The translations under genes were made by a program, and so were the position numbers. Positions 1 to 10,667 of a stretch of 64,000 nucleotides of DNA are shown one piece after another (the first letter of the stretch is position 1; each line of letters opens with the position of its first letter). The notes beneath the pieces were generated by a model, which was given only the letters and a program-made list of their open reading frames with translations, ran no database searches and was not told the DNA's origin. Source of the stretch: an uncultured delta proteobacterium (lineage in GTDB: Bacteria > Myxococcota_A > Polyangia > Palsa-1104); the NCBI GenBank assembly GCA_963785725.1, contig CAWAWS010000039.1:128001-192000 (forward strand). The letters run 5' to 3'.

Positions 1-712
1 GTCGGGGCGGCGCTCGGCCAGCTGCGCGGCGGCGGCGACGAACGTGGCGTGGTCCTTCACCGGCACCATCCGTCCGACGATGCCGACGAGCTTGACGTCG
101 CGGTCGACACCTAGTCGCGCGCGCAATTCACCGCGGTGACGCGCGACGTCGGCGAACGGCGACAGGTCGAAGCCGAGCGGTACGACGGTGAACTTCTCGG
201 CGGGCGCGATGTGATAGTGCGCCGACAGCTCGTCGACGAGACCATCGCTGAGCGCGACCAGCTTCGTCGTCGTGCGCGCCAACAGCTGCTCGATGGCGAT
301 GAACGCGCGCGTCTTCCACTTGCCGAAGTAGCCGGAGAACACGTGGCCGTGGAACGTGTGCACGCGCACGGGAACGCCGGCGGCGATGGCGCAGACGCGA
401 CCGATGGCGCCCGCTTTGGCCTTGTGCGTGTGCACGACGTCGGGCCGCTCGCGACGCATGAGGCGATAGAGCTTCCACGCCGTCGACAGATCGCGCAGCG
501 GCCGCAGCTCGCGCCCGAGCGATGGAATCAGCGCCGACGTCACGTCGTGCTGCGCCAAGCAGATAGCCCATGTCGGCTTCGCCCGGTTCGATCGAGCCGG
601 TCACGAGCAGCGTCGTAAAGCGCGCCGGATCGAGCCCGCGCGTCGTCAACACCGCGTGAATCGCCGGCCCGCCGACGTTGAGCCGATCGATGATGCGCAA
701 CACTTTGATCAT
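1..712 (-). CDS. Glycosyltransferase family 4, partial at window edge, frameshift near 555
   Basis: N-terminus MIKVLRIIDRLNVGGPAIH; after a 1-nt shift near 555 the frame continues LRPLRDLSTAWKLYRLMRRERPDVVHTHKAKAG...VHTFHGHVF...VGIVGRMVPVKDH, typical of GT-B/GT4. Confidence 0.85.
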
Positions 713-716
713 GCGA

Positions 717-2597
717 TCATGCGGCTTGCGCGACGCTGCGTTCGGCGAGCGAGCGCAGCCAGATCTCGAGCGTCAACAGCGCCCACAATTTCTGGCCGTG
801 ATCGCGCGCGCGCTGCTCGTGCTCGTCGAGCAGCAGCGTCACCGCCGGGCGATCGAGATAGTCGAAGATGCGCGCGTGCGGCGCCGACAAATAGTCGTGC
901 AAGTAGTTGCGCAGGTCGCCGCGGAACCACGTCCCGAGCGGCACGCCGAAGCCCATCTTGCCGCGCTCGCGAATCTCCTGCGGCAAGAGGTCGGCGAAGG
1001 CCTGCTTCAGGATCACCTTGGTGTCACTTCCGCGGCGCAGGAACTTCGCCGGCAAGGTCGCCGCGTACTCGATGAGCGCCGTGTCCAAGAAGGGCGAGCG
1101 CGCTTCGAGGCCGTGCGCCATCGACGCGCGGTCGGCTTTGACGAGCAGGTCATACGGCAAGTAGCTGCGGAAGTTGTGCTCGAGCACGCGCGCCAGCGGC
1201 GACGACGACTGCGCGGCGGCGAAGATCTGGCGCTGCCAATCGAGCGGCGCGTCGACGTCGAGCCCGGCGGCGATGTCGCGACGCAGGACGGCGCGTGGGT
1301 CGAAGAAGGTGTTCCAGCGCGCGATGCGATCGGCCAGCGGCAGCGCGCTCGCGGTCAGAAAGCGGTGCGCCTTCGACAAGAGCGCGCGCTCGGACTCGCG
1401 CCGCGGCAAGGCGCCCGACAGCGTCGCCGCCAGATGACGCAGCGGCGCCGGGATGCGCTCGGCCGCCTCCGCCGCCAAGAAGCGCGCGTAGCCGCAGAAG
1501 AGCTCGTCGCCGCCGTCGCCGGTGAGCGCGACCGTCACGTGCTTGCGCGTCAGCTGCGCGACGACGTAGGTCGGGATGGCCGAGGAGTCGCCGAAGGGCC
1601 CGTCGTGATGGCGCACCAGCGTCTCCACCAGCTCGAATGACGACGGCTGCAGCGTGAACTCGGTGTGCTCGGTGTCGAAGGCGCGCGCGGCGATGCGGGC
1701 GAAGTGCGTCTCGTCGTAGCGTGGATCGCCGGCGAAGCCGATGGAGAAGGTGCGCACCTTGCCGAGCGCGCGCGCCATCAAGCCGACGATGATGGTGGAG
1801 TCGATGCCGCCCGATAAGAAGGCGCCGAGCGGCACGTCGGATTCGAGGCGGCGCGTCACCGCGTCGGTCGTGAGCGTGCGGACGCGCTCGGTGGCCGCTT
1901 CGTACGAGTCGCTCGTCGTCGTGACGCCGAAACGCGCCGTCCAAAATGGCGCGATGCGCGGTCGCGTGACGTCACTCGCATCGACGACGAGCGTGCTCGC
2001 GGGCGGCAGCTGGCGCACGCCTTCGTGCAAGCTCAGCGGCGGCGGCACGAAGCCGTAAGCGAGATACGTCGGCAGCTGCGTGGCGTCGACACCGGTCGGC
2101 AAGCCCGACGCGTGCAAGCTGGCGATGGTCGAGCCGAAGCGGAAGACGTTGCCGCGCGTGCTGTAGAAGAGCGGCTTCTTGCCGGCGCGATCGCGGGCTA
2201 CGAGCAGCCGGCGGCGGCGGCGATCCCACAGGCCGAACGCGAACATGCCGTCGAGGCGCGCGACCACGGCGTCGCCCCACGCTTCGTAGCCGCGCACGAT
2301 CGCCTCGGTGTCGCTGCGCGAGCGAAAGACGTGCCCGAGCGCCTCCAATTCGCGGCGCAGCTCCTTGTGGTTGTAGATCTCGCCGTTGAAGGCGATGACG
2401 ATGTCGCCGTCGTCGTTCGTCATCGGCTGCGCGCCCGCCGGCGAGAGATCGATGATCTCGAGGCGCCGATGGACGAGCGTGCACACGCCGTCGCCGAAGT
2501 GGCCCTCCGCGTCCGGCCCGCGATGCGCGAGCGCGGCCGAGACTCGCGCGCTCGCGCCGTCGGGCAATGCGCCAATCGCGCCGAAGATGCCGCACAT
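717..2597 (-). CDS. asnB: Asparagine synthase-like glutamine amidotransferase (polysaccharide amidation type)
   Basis: Start MCGIFG (Ntn Cys2), HRGPD, FNGEIYN, RDRAGKKPL, LSGGIDS, TGDGGDELF, EARSPFLD. Confidence 0.95.
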   Translation of the reverse strand: MCGIFGAIGALPDGASARVSAALAHRGPDAEGHFGDGVCTLVHRRLEIIDLSPAGAQPMTNDDGDIVIAFNGEIYNHKELRRELEALGHVFRSRSDTEAIVRGYEAWGDAVVARLDGMFAFGLWDRRRRRLLVARDRAGKKPLFYSTRGNVFRFGSTIASLHASGLPTGVDATQLPTYLAYGFVPPPLSLHEGVRQLPPASTLVVDASDVTRPRIAPFWTARFGVTTTSDSYEAATERVRTLTTDAVTRRLESDVPLGAFLSGGIDSTIIVGLMARALGKVRTFSIGFAGDPRYDETHFARIAARAFDTEHTEFTLQPSSFELVETLVRHHDGPFGDSSAIPTYVVAQLTRKHVTVALTGDGGDELFCGYARFLAAEAAERIPAPLRHLAATLSGALPRRESERALLSKAHRFLTASALPLADRIARWNTFFDPRAVLRRDIAAGLDVDAPLDWQRQIFAAAQSSSPLARVLEHNFRSYLPYDLLVKADRASMAHGLEARSPFLDTALIEYAATLPAKFLRRGSDTKVILKQAFADLLPQEIRERGKMGFGVPLGTWFRGDLRNYLHDYLSAPHARIFDYLDRPAVTLLLDEHEQRARDHGQKLWALLTLEIWLRSLAERSVAQAA

Positions 2598-2598
2598 G

Positions 2599-4329
2599 CT
2601 ACTTCGTCGCCTCGGTCGTCGTCTTTGGCCGCGGCACCAACAGGTTCCCCATGACGAGATAATCCACGTCGGTGGCGACGAACGTGCGCACGGCATCTTC
2701 CGGCGTGCACACGATCGGCTCCTGCACGTTGAACGACGTATTCAAGAGCACGGGAATGCCGGTCCGCTTCTCGAACGCGTCGAGCAGCGCCCAATAGCGC
2801 GGGTTGACGTCCTTCTCGACCAGCTGCGGCCGCGCCGTGCCGTCGACGTGCACGACCGCCGGAATCTCCGCCTTGCGCTCCTCGAGCACCGGAAACACCG
2901 TGATCATGAACGGCGCTTGATGCTGCTTGCCGAAGTAGCGCTCGGACGCTTCCGCCTTCATCGACGGCGCGAACGGCCGGAACGGCTCGCGCAGCTTGAT
3001 CTTGCGATTGATGACTTCCTGCATGTCGCGGCGGCGCGGATCGGCCAAGAAGCTGCGATGGCCGAGCGCGCGCGGACCCCACTCCATGCGCCCTTGGAAC
3101 CAGCCGATGATCGCGCCGTCGGCGATCAATTGCGCCACGCGTTCGGGCAGCGCCTCGTCGCTGAGCCGCTCGGGCACGAGCTTGGCCGACTCGGCCGCGC
3201 GCCGGCAGCGCGCCTCGTCGTAACCGGGGCCCCAATAGGCGTGCCGCATCGCCGCCCGCCGCGGCTGACCGAGCTGCTGATGATAAACGTACAGCGCCGA
3301 GCCGAGCGCGCCGCCGCCGTCGTGCGACGCCGGCTGAAAGAACTGCTGCGTAAACGGCGTCCGCGCCGCGATCTTGCCGTTGGCGAGCGAGTTGAGCGCG
3401 CAGCCGCCGGCCATGCACAGGTTCTTCGAGCCCGTCTCTTTCTGCAGCCAATCGAGCATGTGGAACAGCGTCTCTTCGTAGGTCTTTTGCACGCTGGCCG
3501 CGATGTCGTAGTGGCGCTGCGTCGGCTCTTCGTCGGGCGCCCGCGCCGGACCCCACAAGTCGAGCGCGCGCTGCGAATACTGACGATGCTTGGCCAGGTG
3601 GTGATCGAGGAACTTGATGTCGAGCGTGAAGCCGCCCGGACCATCCTTGACGACGACCTCGCGCTGCAAGGTATCGGCGCTCGTCGGCTTGCCCCAGCCG
3701 GCCATGCCCATGACCTTGTATTCGTCGCCGGCGAACATGTCGAAGCCCAAGAACTGCGTCGCAGCCGAGTAGAACTGGCCGAGCGAGTTGGGCAGCTTGA
3801 TGCGCCGCAAGACCTTGAGCTTCGTCCCTTGGCCATGCGCGAACAGAACCGACGCCTCTTCGCCGGCGCCGTCGACGGTGAGCACGGCCGCTTCGTCGAA
3901 GGGCGAGCAATAGAACGCGCTCGCCGCGTGGCTGACGTGATGCTCGATGAAGTGGAACTTGAAGCTCGACGGGCCCATGTCGTGGCGCACCTTCCACGGC
4001 ATGTAAAACATCGGCAGATAGTAGCCGCTGAGCTGCTTCGTGCCGCGTTTGACGCGTGCTTTGAAGAGGTCGAAGCCTTTGGCGAGCACGCCCAGCGTGT
4101 GCGTGATGCGATGCTGCAACAGCCACGGCTTCCAATAGTGCGTCACGTGATCGACGTCGGCGATCGTGATGCCCGCTTGCTCGAGACAATAGGCAGCGGC
4201 GAGGTGCGGAAAGCCGGTGTGATGCTTCTGGCGCGAGAAGCGCTCCTCTTCGGCGCAAGCGATCACCTCGCCGTCGCGAATCAGCGCGGCCGAGCTCTCG
4301 CCCATCGTCGTCAATCCCAGGATGTACAT
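2599..4329 (-). CDS. Carbamoyltransferase (NodU/CmcH family)
   Basis: AEEERFSRQKH, EHHVSHAASAF, EYKVMGMA, AGGCALN, GRMEWGPRALGHRS, KLREPFRPFAP, LNTSFN. Confidence 0.95.
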   Translation of the reverse strand: MYILGLTTMGESSAALIRDGEVIACAEEERFSRQKHHTGFPHLAAAYCLEQAGITIADVDHVTHYWKPWLLQHRITHTLGVLAKGFDLFKARVKRGTKQLSGYYLPMFYMPWKVRHDMGPSSFKFHFIEHHVSHAASAFYCSPFDEAAVLTVDGAGEEASVLFAHGQGTKLKVLRRIKLPNSLGQFYSAATQFLGFDMFAGDEYKVMGMAGWGKPTSADTLQREVVVKDGPGGFTLDIKFLDHHLAKHRQYSQRALDLWGPARAPDEEPTQRHYDIAASVQKTYEETLFHMLDWLQKETGSKNLCMAGGCALNSLANGKIAARTPFTQQFFQPASHDGGGALGSALYVYHQQLGQPRRAAMRHAYWGPGYDEARCRRAAESAKLVPERLSDEALPERVAQLIADGAIIGWFQGRMEWGPRALGHRSFLADPRRRDMQEVINRKIKLREPFRPFAPSMKAEASERYFGKQHQAPFMITVFPVLEERKAEIPAVVHVDGTARPQLVEKDVNPRYWALLDAFEKRTGIPVLLNTSFNVQEPIVCTPEDAVRTFVATDVDYLVMGNLLVPRPKTTTEATK

Positions 4330-4366
4330 CCTCAGCTCTTCTCCTCGTGTCGCATTAATCGAAGCT

Positions 4367-5437
4367 TTAAATCACGGCGCGGACGATGTCGACCACGCGC
4401 GGCGCGTGCGCGGCCAAGGACCAGCGCTCGACGGCTTGCGCGCGGCCGTTCTCGCCGAGCGCGCGCCGCAAGACCGGCGACTCCATCAGCTGCTCGAGGC
4501 GCCGCACCCAATCGTCGTCGTCGTAGGCCAAGAAGCCGTTGTCGCCGTCGCGCACCATGTCGACGGTGACGCCGACCGGCGACGCCACCACCGGCACGGC
4601 GCAGGCCATGTACTGCACCGCTTTGAAGCCCGATTTACCGAGCGACCACGCATCTTCGACGAGCGGATAGAGGCCGATGTCGAGGCCTTGAAAGTCGGCC
4701 ACTTCGCGGGCCAGCGACCAGGGCACGTTCTCGATCGTCAGTCCTGGCGCCTCGAGCGTCGCGCCCACGACGCGCAAGACGAACTTGCGCCGCTCGGCCA
4801 GCTTCGTCAGCGCGGGAACGATGGCGCGCAAGTATTGCAGCGACGAGTGCGTGCCGATCCAGCCGAGCACGGGCGTGGCGCGCGTCGTCGTGGGCGCCGG
4901 TTGAAACTGCGTGGTATCGACCACCGTCGGCACGATGTCGGTGCGCGCGTTGTATTGCCGCGCGTAGTCGGCCACGAACGGATTGCCGGCGATGACGTGC
5001 GCCGCGGCGCCGAGCGTAAAGTGCGTCTTGCCCGGCGCCTTCAGCAGCTTCGACAAGAGCGCGCCATAGGTCGGCGACGCATAGGGCACCCAAATCGCGT
5101 CATCGAGATCGAAGATCACCGGCCGATCGAGCGCGCGCGTCATGAGCCACTCGACGATGGGCGGACCGACGAGCGCGGCTTCGCGATGGATGAGCACGGC
5201 ATCGGCACCGACGGCGCGCACGAGATCGAGCGTGCGCCCGACGACGGCCTGCGCGCCCGTGCGCAGCTTGGCCAGCGGCGCGCCGCGACGATAGAGCACG
5301 CGAAAGCCGTCCTCGTCGAGGAACGGGCGCAGCACCGGCTCGATGCCGGCCGCGCGCAGCGCCGGGAAGAACTGCTCGAGCCGAAAGCGCGTCGCCGCCG
5401 CCGACGACGGATAGGGCGCGATGACGAGCAGCTTCAC
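4367..5437 (-). CDS. Glycosyltransferase family 4 (in frame with the upstream membrane ORF as assembled)
   Basis: GTG start VKLLVIAPYP...ATRFRLEQF, IFDLDDAIW, LGWIGT, DIGLYPL, KAVQYMACAVPVVASPVG. Confidence 0.88.
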   Translation of the reverse strand: MKLLVIAPYPSSAAATRFRLEQFFPALRAAGIEPVLRPFLDEDGFRVLYRRGAPLAKLRTGAQAVVGRTLDLVRAVGADAVLIHREAALVGPPIVEWLMTRALDRPVIFDLDDAIWVPYASPTYGALLSKLLKAPGKTHFTLGAAAHVIAGNPFVADYARQYNARTDIVPTVVDTTQFQPAPTTTRATPVLGWIGTHSSLQYLRAIVPALTKLAERRKFVLRVVGATLEAPGLTIENVPWSLAREVADFQGLDIGLYPLVEDAWSLGKSGFKAVQYMACAVPVVASPVGVTVDMVRDGDNGFLAYDDDDWVRRLEQLMESPVLRRALGENGRAQAVERWSLAAHAPRVVDIVRAVI

Positions 5438-6721
5438 GCGCGCACCAGCTGTCGCTGACGGCTGCGGCTGCGGCACGGGCGTATCGTTGAGCAGCAAGTC
5501 GGGATCGAGCCCGGCGTTGCGGCAGCGCTTCCGCAACACGCCGAGCGACGCGAAGATGAAGAGGATGATGAAGATCTGCGCGCGCTGTCGAAAGCCCGAG
5601 CCGACGTTGCCGTGCACGAGCGAATAGGCGCAGGTCATGACGACGGCGAAGAGCAACAGCGGCGACGTGGCCGCGAAGCGCTTGCGGAACATCCACCACA
5701 TGCCGCGCAGCATCGACGGAAACAGCAGCCACCAATAGAACGTCTCGGGCGCGGCCAAGAGCGCGCGAAACGAGCCCAGCTGCCACGGAAACGGACCCAG
5801 CAGCAGCTCCGAGATGCCGACAGGCAAGAACAGCAGCGCCTTGCCCGGCGTCGAGATGTCGGCCTCGCTGGAGAAGCCGGAGTTGGCGGTCGTCGCCATG
5901 CCTTGCCGGAACGCCGACACCTTCTCGAAGCTGATGGACTCGAGACCGGTCTGCGCGCGGCCGGCGAACCCGACCATGATCAAGAGGCCGAGCAAGATGC
6001 CGCCGACGACGATCTGCTTGTAAAAGCCGCCGACGAGACCGACGCCGCGCTCCAAGAACAGCGACGTCAAGATCGCGAAGCCGAGGAAGTAGACCATGTA
6101 GAAGCGCACCGGCTGCATCGCCAGCAGCGACAGCGCGATGCCGAGGACGGCGCCGGGCGTCGCCCGCCGCTTGGCCGCGACGCACGAGATGAGCCCGATG
6201 AGGATCAGCAGCGACATGAGCGTGTCTTTGCCCGCCGTCGAGCTCCACAAGATCATCGACGGCACGAACGCCGCCAGCAGCGCCGCCCGTTTGGCGACGA
6301 GCGGGTGAAAGAACTGCCGCGCGAGGCGATAGACGAGGAACACCGTGCCCATGCCGAGCACGCAGTTGAAATAGGAGACGAGCGGCGCGAACTGCCCGAG
6401 CACGTAGTAGATCGCCGACGACAGCCAATAGAAGCCGAAGTTGGGCGCCATGCGCTTGACGACGTCGAACGGCGGACCGGTGCCGCTCCAGCCGCGCGCC
6501 GTCACCATGCCGAGGTATTCGTAGCCGTTCGCGTCCTCGTGGAACAGGCGCGTCTCGGGAAACACGGCGAAGATCGTGGCTGCGATCAGGCGCAACAGCA
6601 GCGCGACGGCGAGCACGCGCACGATGAACGGGCGCTCGGCCGCCGGCAGCGTCATGCTGCACAGCGCGACGGCGCCGGCACCGACGAGCGAGAAGAAGAC
6701 CAGCGGATAGAGGACGTCCAT
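5434..6721 (-). CDS. Polytopic membrane protein, GT-C/Wzy-like candidate polysaccharide polymerase
   Basis: About 10 hydrophobic segments; DANGY loop, KDTL, PFPW, GNVGSGFRQR motifs; lies in a Wzx/Wzc cluster. The function is inferred. Confidence 0.6.
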
Positions 6722-7938
6722 CAGCGCGCCAGCTGCTCGTAGAGCTGTCGATAGCGCGCGATGCCGATCTCTTGCAGCGCGAAGTGGGTCGTTGCCACGA
6801 GCCGATGCCGGGCGCGCGCGGCATCGTCGTCTGCGGGCAGCCCGACGACGCGCGCGGCGACGGCGTCGAGATCGCGATTGCCCATCAGGTTCGCGTCGAG
6901 CAGCGACTGCGGATGGCGGCGCAAGAGGTCGTCTTGGTCGCCGATGCCGCGATTGATGACGACCGGCAGCCCCATCGCCAGGTATTCTGCCACCTTCACC
7001 GGCGACGAGGCGATCTTGGAGAAGCGCGGCTCGATGAATGCCACGGCCGCGTCGGCCCCCGCCAGCTGCGCCGCCATCTCGTGCTGGGTCGCGCTACGGA
7101 CGGCGATGTCGGCGTCGGCGATGCCGCGCTGTTTCAGCTCGGCCCGGAGCGCTCCGGCGTCGGCGCGCGTCCACACGGCGAACAGCGCCGGCCGGCGCAA
7201 GCGAATCGCCGCGAAGAGCTGCGCCATCTCTGCCAGGCAGTAGTTGCTGCCGAGCGAGCCGGCGTAGGCGACGACGAGACGATCGCCGGCCTGCAGCGCG
7301 CGCCGGCTGCGCTCGCGCGCGGTCGGATCGACGACGAAGCGCTGCAGATCCACGCAGCAGGGAATGATCGCGATCGGCGTCGCCGCCGCGACCAATTGGC
7401 CTTCGTCGCGCAGCCAGCGCCGCAAGCGATCGGTCAGCACGACGACCGCGTCCGCGCGCCCAAACAGCTGACCTTCGGCGAGCTTCAAGAGGCGATGGCG
7501 AAACGAGCCGCGTCGCCAATGGCCGAAGTCGACGTACTCGTCGCCAAGCAGACCGCGACAGTCGAAGATGAAGCGGCTGCCGGGCGTGATCGCCGCGGCC
7601 ACTTTGGCGACGGCGCCGGCGAGGTAGCTGCGCGCGTGAATGATCCGCGGTCGTTGCACCAGCGCGCGTCCGAGCAGCTCCGCCAGCGCGCGCGACGATT
7701 CGAGCACCTTCGTGCCGACGTCGTGGACGCGCTTGCGGCGCAGCCAGCGGTACGCGATGCCGTGATCGCCGAGCTGCTCACGCACGCGATCGATGGCCTC
7801 GCACGTCGCCTCCGGCGGCTCGAACGTGACGATCTCGATGCGATAGCCCACGCGCGCCAATCCCGCCAGGTACGGGATCACCTGCGACTGCCCGAGGGGC
7901 TCGGTCATGCCGGTTTGCGAGACGTAGAGAACGCGCAT
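6721..7938 (-). CDS. Glycosyltransferase family 4
   Basis: MRVLYVS, GQSQVIPYL, IHARSY, IFDCRGL, SSPVKVAEYLAMGLPVV. Confidence 0.9.
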   Translation of the reverse strand: MRVLYVSQTGMTEPLGQSQVIPYLAGLARVGYRIEIVTFEPPEATCEAIDRVREQLGDHGIAYRWLRRKRVHDVGTKVLESSRALAELLGRALVQRPRIIHARSYLAGAVAKVAAAITPGSRFIFDCRGLLGDEYVDFGHWRRGSFRHRLLKLAEGQLFGRADAVVVLTDRLRRWLRDEGQLVAAATPIAIIPCCVDLQRFVVDPTARERSRRALQAGDRLVVAYAGSLGSNYCLAEMAQLFAAIRLRRPALFAVWTRADAGALRAELKQRGIADADIAVRSATQHEMAAQLAGADAAVAFIEPRFSKIASSPVKVAEYLAMGLPVVINRGIGDQDDLLRRHPQSLLDANLMGNRDLDAVAARVVGLPADDDAARARHRLVATTHFALQEIGIARYRQLYEQLAR

Positions 7939-8105
7939 GGGTTACGTAAGCCGAAGTATCTGCTGTTGGTTGCGTGTATCGCGCCGCCGGTTCAAAAGCG
8001 GCCAGAGTATGCGTCGGACAAGGTGCGCTTGCCAACCCTATCGTCCAATGGACAGCCTTCAACGACTGCGCTAGTTTGTGCGCACTTTTGGGTGTTGGAG
8101 GCGGA

Positions 8106-8780
8106 GTGAACACATATTTGCCGAAGCGGGTCCTGGTCATCGCGCCGCACTGCGATGACGAGACTTATGGCATGGGTGGGACCATCCTCAAGCTGCGCGC
8201 CTCGGGCGTCGACGTGTTCGTCGTCGTCGTCGTCTGCGGCGATCTGCGCTTCGAGCACACCGGAACCGTCATCACGCGCGACCAGCGCATGAGCGAGTTC
8301 GGCGACGTCATGCGCGCGCTCGGCGCGCAAGGCACCGTCCTCGGCTTCAAGAACGAGACGCGCATGGACCAAGTGCCGATCGCCGACGTCGTGTCCGCGA
8401 TCGAGAAGGTCCAGGACGACTTCCGCGCCGACACTTGGTACATGATCGGCCCGTCATTTCACCAAGATCACCGCGTCGTCTTCGAGGCGGCGCAGGCGGC
8501 GGCGCGACCGACACGGCGTTGTTATCCGACGCAAATCTTCCGCTACGAGCTGCCGACTTACAGCGGAAATCCGCGCGAGTGGAACTTCACGGCGCACATT
8601 TACGAAGACATCAGCGCGCATTTGGAGCAGAAGCTTGCGGCGTGCGCGCTCTATCAATCGCAGGTTCGTCCGTCGGGCATGCTGTCGCTCGACGCCATTC
8701 GCCGCTTCGCCGAGACGCGCGGGTTCGAGTCGCAGCGCGGTGCCGCCGAGTGCTTCGAAGTGGCGCGAATCATTCGCTGA
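8106..8780 (+). CDS. PIG-L/LmbE family deacetylase
   Basis: VLVIAPHCDDETYGMGG, HQDH, KLAACALYQSQ, AECFEV; GTG start after GGAG. Confidence 0.9.
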   Translation: MNTYLPKRVLVIAPHCDDETYGMGGTILKLRASGVDVFVVVVVCGDLRFEHTGTVITRDQRMSEFGDVMRALGAQGTVLGFKNETRMDQVPIADVVSAIEKVQDDFRADTWYMIGPSFHQDHRVVFEAAQAAARPTRRCYPTQIFRYELPTYSGNPREWNFTAHIYEDISAHLEQKLAACALYQSQVRPSGMLSLDAIRRFAETRGFESQRGAAECFEVARIIR

Positions 8781-8801
8781 CGTTGGGACACTAAGTCCGG
8801 A

Positions 8802-9951
8802 ATGCGGATCTTGCACGTCATCGAGTCGATGCAGATGGGTGGCGCCGAGCGTCACCTGGCCAACTTGATGCGCCCGCTGGCCGACTTGGGCGCGACCAAC
8901 GAAGTCGCGACGCTGTGGTCGGGGCAGGCTTACGGCGCGAGCGTGCTGCCTTACGCGCGCGTCCACGACATGGGGCTGACGCCGCGACGCGCGCTGCCCG
9001 CCATCTTGCCGCTCGCTCGGCTGGCCCGCGAAGTCGACGTCGTCAACACGCAGCTGCCCTGGGCCGACATCGTCGGGCGCGTGGCGGCGTTGATGGCGCG
9101 CAAGCCCTCGGTGACGACGCTGCAGACCACGTGGTACGACCCGGCGAACCTCGACAGCTTCACGCCGCCCATCCGTCGCAACGTCGAGCGAGTCCGCCGC
9201 GTCGACGCCTTTACGGCGCGGCTGACTCGCCGCTTCTTCGCGGTCTCCGAAGCGACGCGCCAGGTCTACATTCGCGTGCTCGGCGTCCCCGCGAACAAGA
9301 TTCAGGTCATTCCCAACACGGTCGATCTCGGGCAGTTCAACCTGGCGGCGCTGCCGCCGCGTCAGGAGCTGCGCGCCCAGCTGGGCTGCGCCGCCGACGA
9401 GCTGGCGCTGGTCATGGTGGCCCGTCTCGTGCCGCCCAAAGGTCACGCCGACGCCATCGCCGCCGTGGCGCGGCTTCGCGACGAGCTGCCGATCAAGCTG
9501 TACGTCGCCGGCACCGGACCGGAAGAAGAGCGGCTCAAGAAGTTGGCCGCCGAGCAGCACGCGCCGGTCGTCTTCTTGGGGCCGTACAACGACGTGCCGG
9601 CGCTCTTGGCCGCGGCCGATCTGTTCCTGTTTCCATCGATCATCGAAGGCATGCCCTTGGCGCTCATCGAGGCGATGACGATGGGGTTGCCCTGCCTGTG
9701 CTCCGACATTCCCGAGAATCGCGAGACGGGCGGCGACGCCATCGCCTACGCCTCGCCCGGCAACGTCGACGAGCTCACCAAGGCGCTGCGCACGATTCTC
9801 CGCGACGATGGCGCGCGGCAGCGGCTCGCGGCCGCCGCGCCGATGCGGGCCAGCCGCTATTCGGCGCGCACCGTCGCCGCCGAGTTCTTGCGCTCGATTC
9901 GAAGATGTCCTCGGTGGTCGCCGAAGCTCGAGCGATGTGGTCGCTCTTTAG
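8802..9951 (+). CDS. Glycosyltransferase family 4, frameshift near 9898
   Basis: MRILHVIESMQMGGAE, VARLVPPKGH, PSIIEGMPLALIEAM. Removing one T at about 9898 gives the end SIEDVLGGRRSSSDVVAL* at 9951. Confidence 0.85.
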
Positions 9952-10615
9952 AGACTACAACTACCCCGTCCATCGGCTGCTCGACCAGGCCGCCCGCCGG
10001 CACGTCGCGGACTTCACGGGCCGCGTGCTCGACGCCGGCTGCGGGACGTCGCCCTATCGCGAGCATCTTCCGTCCCACGTCGACTACGTGGGTGTCGATC
10101 GCAGCCGGCAGCCGCAGGTGCGCGCGCTGGCCGACACGAGCGCGCTGCCGTTCGCCGATGCCAGCTTCGACGGCGTCATCTGTACCGAAATGCTGTCGCA
10201 GTCGACACGTCCGTGGCAGCTCATGGGCGAGCTGGCGCGGGTGCTGCGTCCGGGCGGTCGGCTGTACCTGACCGCGCCGTTCGATTGGCACTTCTTCGAC
10301 GAGCCCTACGACTACTTTCGCTTCACGACGCACGGCGTGCGCGCGCTCCTGGAAGACGCCGGCTTCGACGTCGAGCTCACCGAGCCCGTCGGCGGCATGT
10401 TCAGCGCCTTCGCCGGCAAGCTGCTCGAAGACGTCGTGGCCGACGTGTGGCTGCCGCTGGCGCGTGCGGCCGGCATTCGGCGCGGCGCCTACTTCGCGGC
10501 GGCGCTGGCGGCGCTGCCGTGGAATGCTGCTTCGGTGCTGCTGTTGCCGCGCCTCGATCGCCTAGTCCGGCGTAACCCCTTCTCGATCGCCGTCAAGGCC
10601 GTGCGTCGCGTTTGA
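9935..10615 (+). CDS. Class I SAM-dependent methyltransferase
   Basis: VLDAGCG, LPFADASFD, LARVLRPGG, EPYDYFRFT. The start could alternatively be 9905. Confidence 0.85.
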   Translation: MWSLFRDYNYPVHRLLDQAARRHVADFTGRVLDAGCGTSPYREHLPSHVDYVGVDRSRQPQVRALADTSALPFADASFDGVICTEMLSQSTRPWQLMGELARVLRPGGRLYLTAPFDWHFFDEPYDYFRFTTHGVRALLEDAGFDVELTEPVGGMFSAFAGKLLEDVVADVWLPLARAAGIRRGAYFAAALAALPWNAASVLLLPRLDRLVRRNPFSIAVKAVRRV

Positions 10616-10667
10616 ACATTCTCGTCGTCCGACGCAACGGACAACGTGACGAGGCCGCGCCGCCGGC

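Noticed and set aside
4367..6721. Apparent Wzy-like/GT4 fusion (784 aa)
   Set aside because: The junction contains a GTGA overlap (5434-5437) like other gene junctions here, and one indel in the upstream tail would separate the genes. Not provable without reads.
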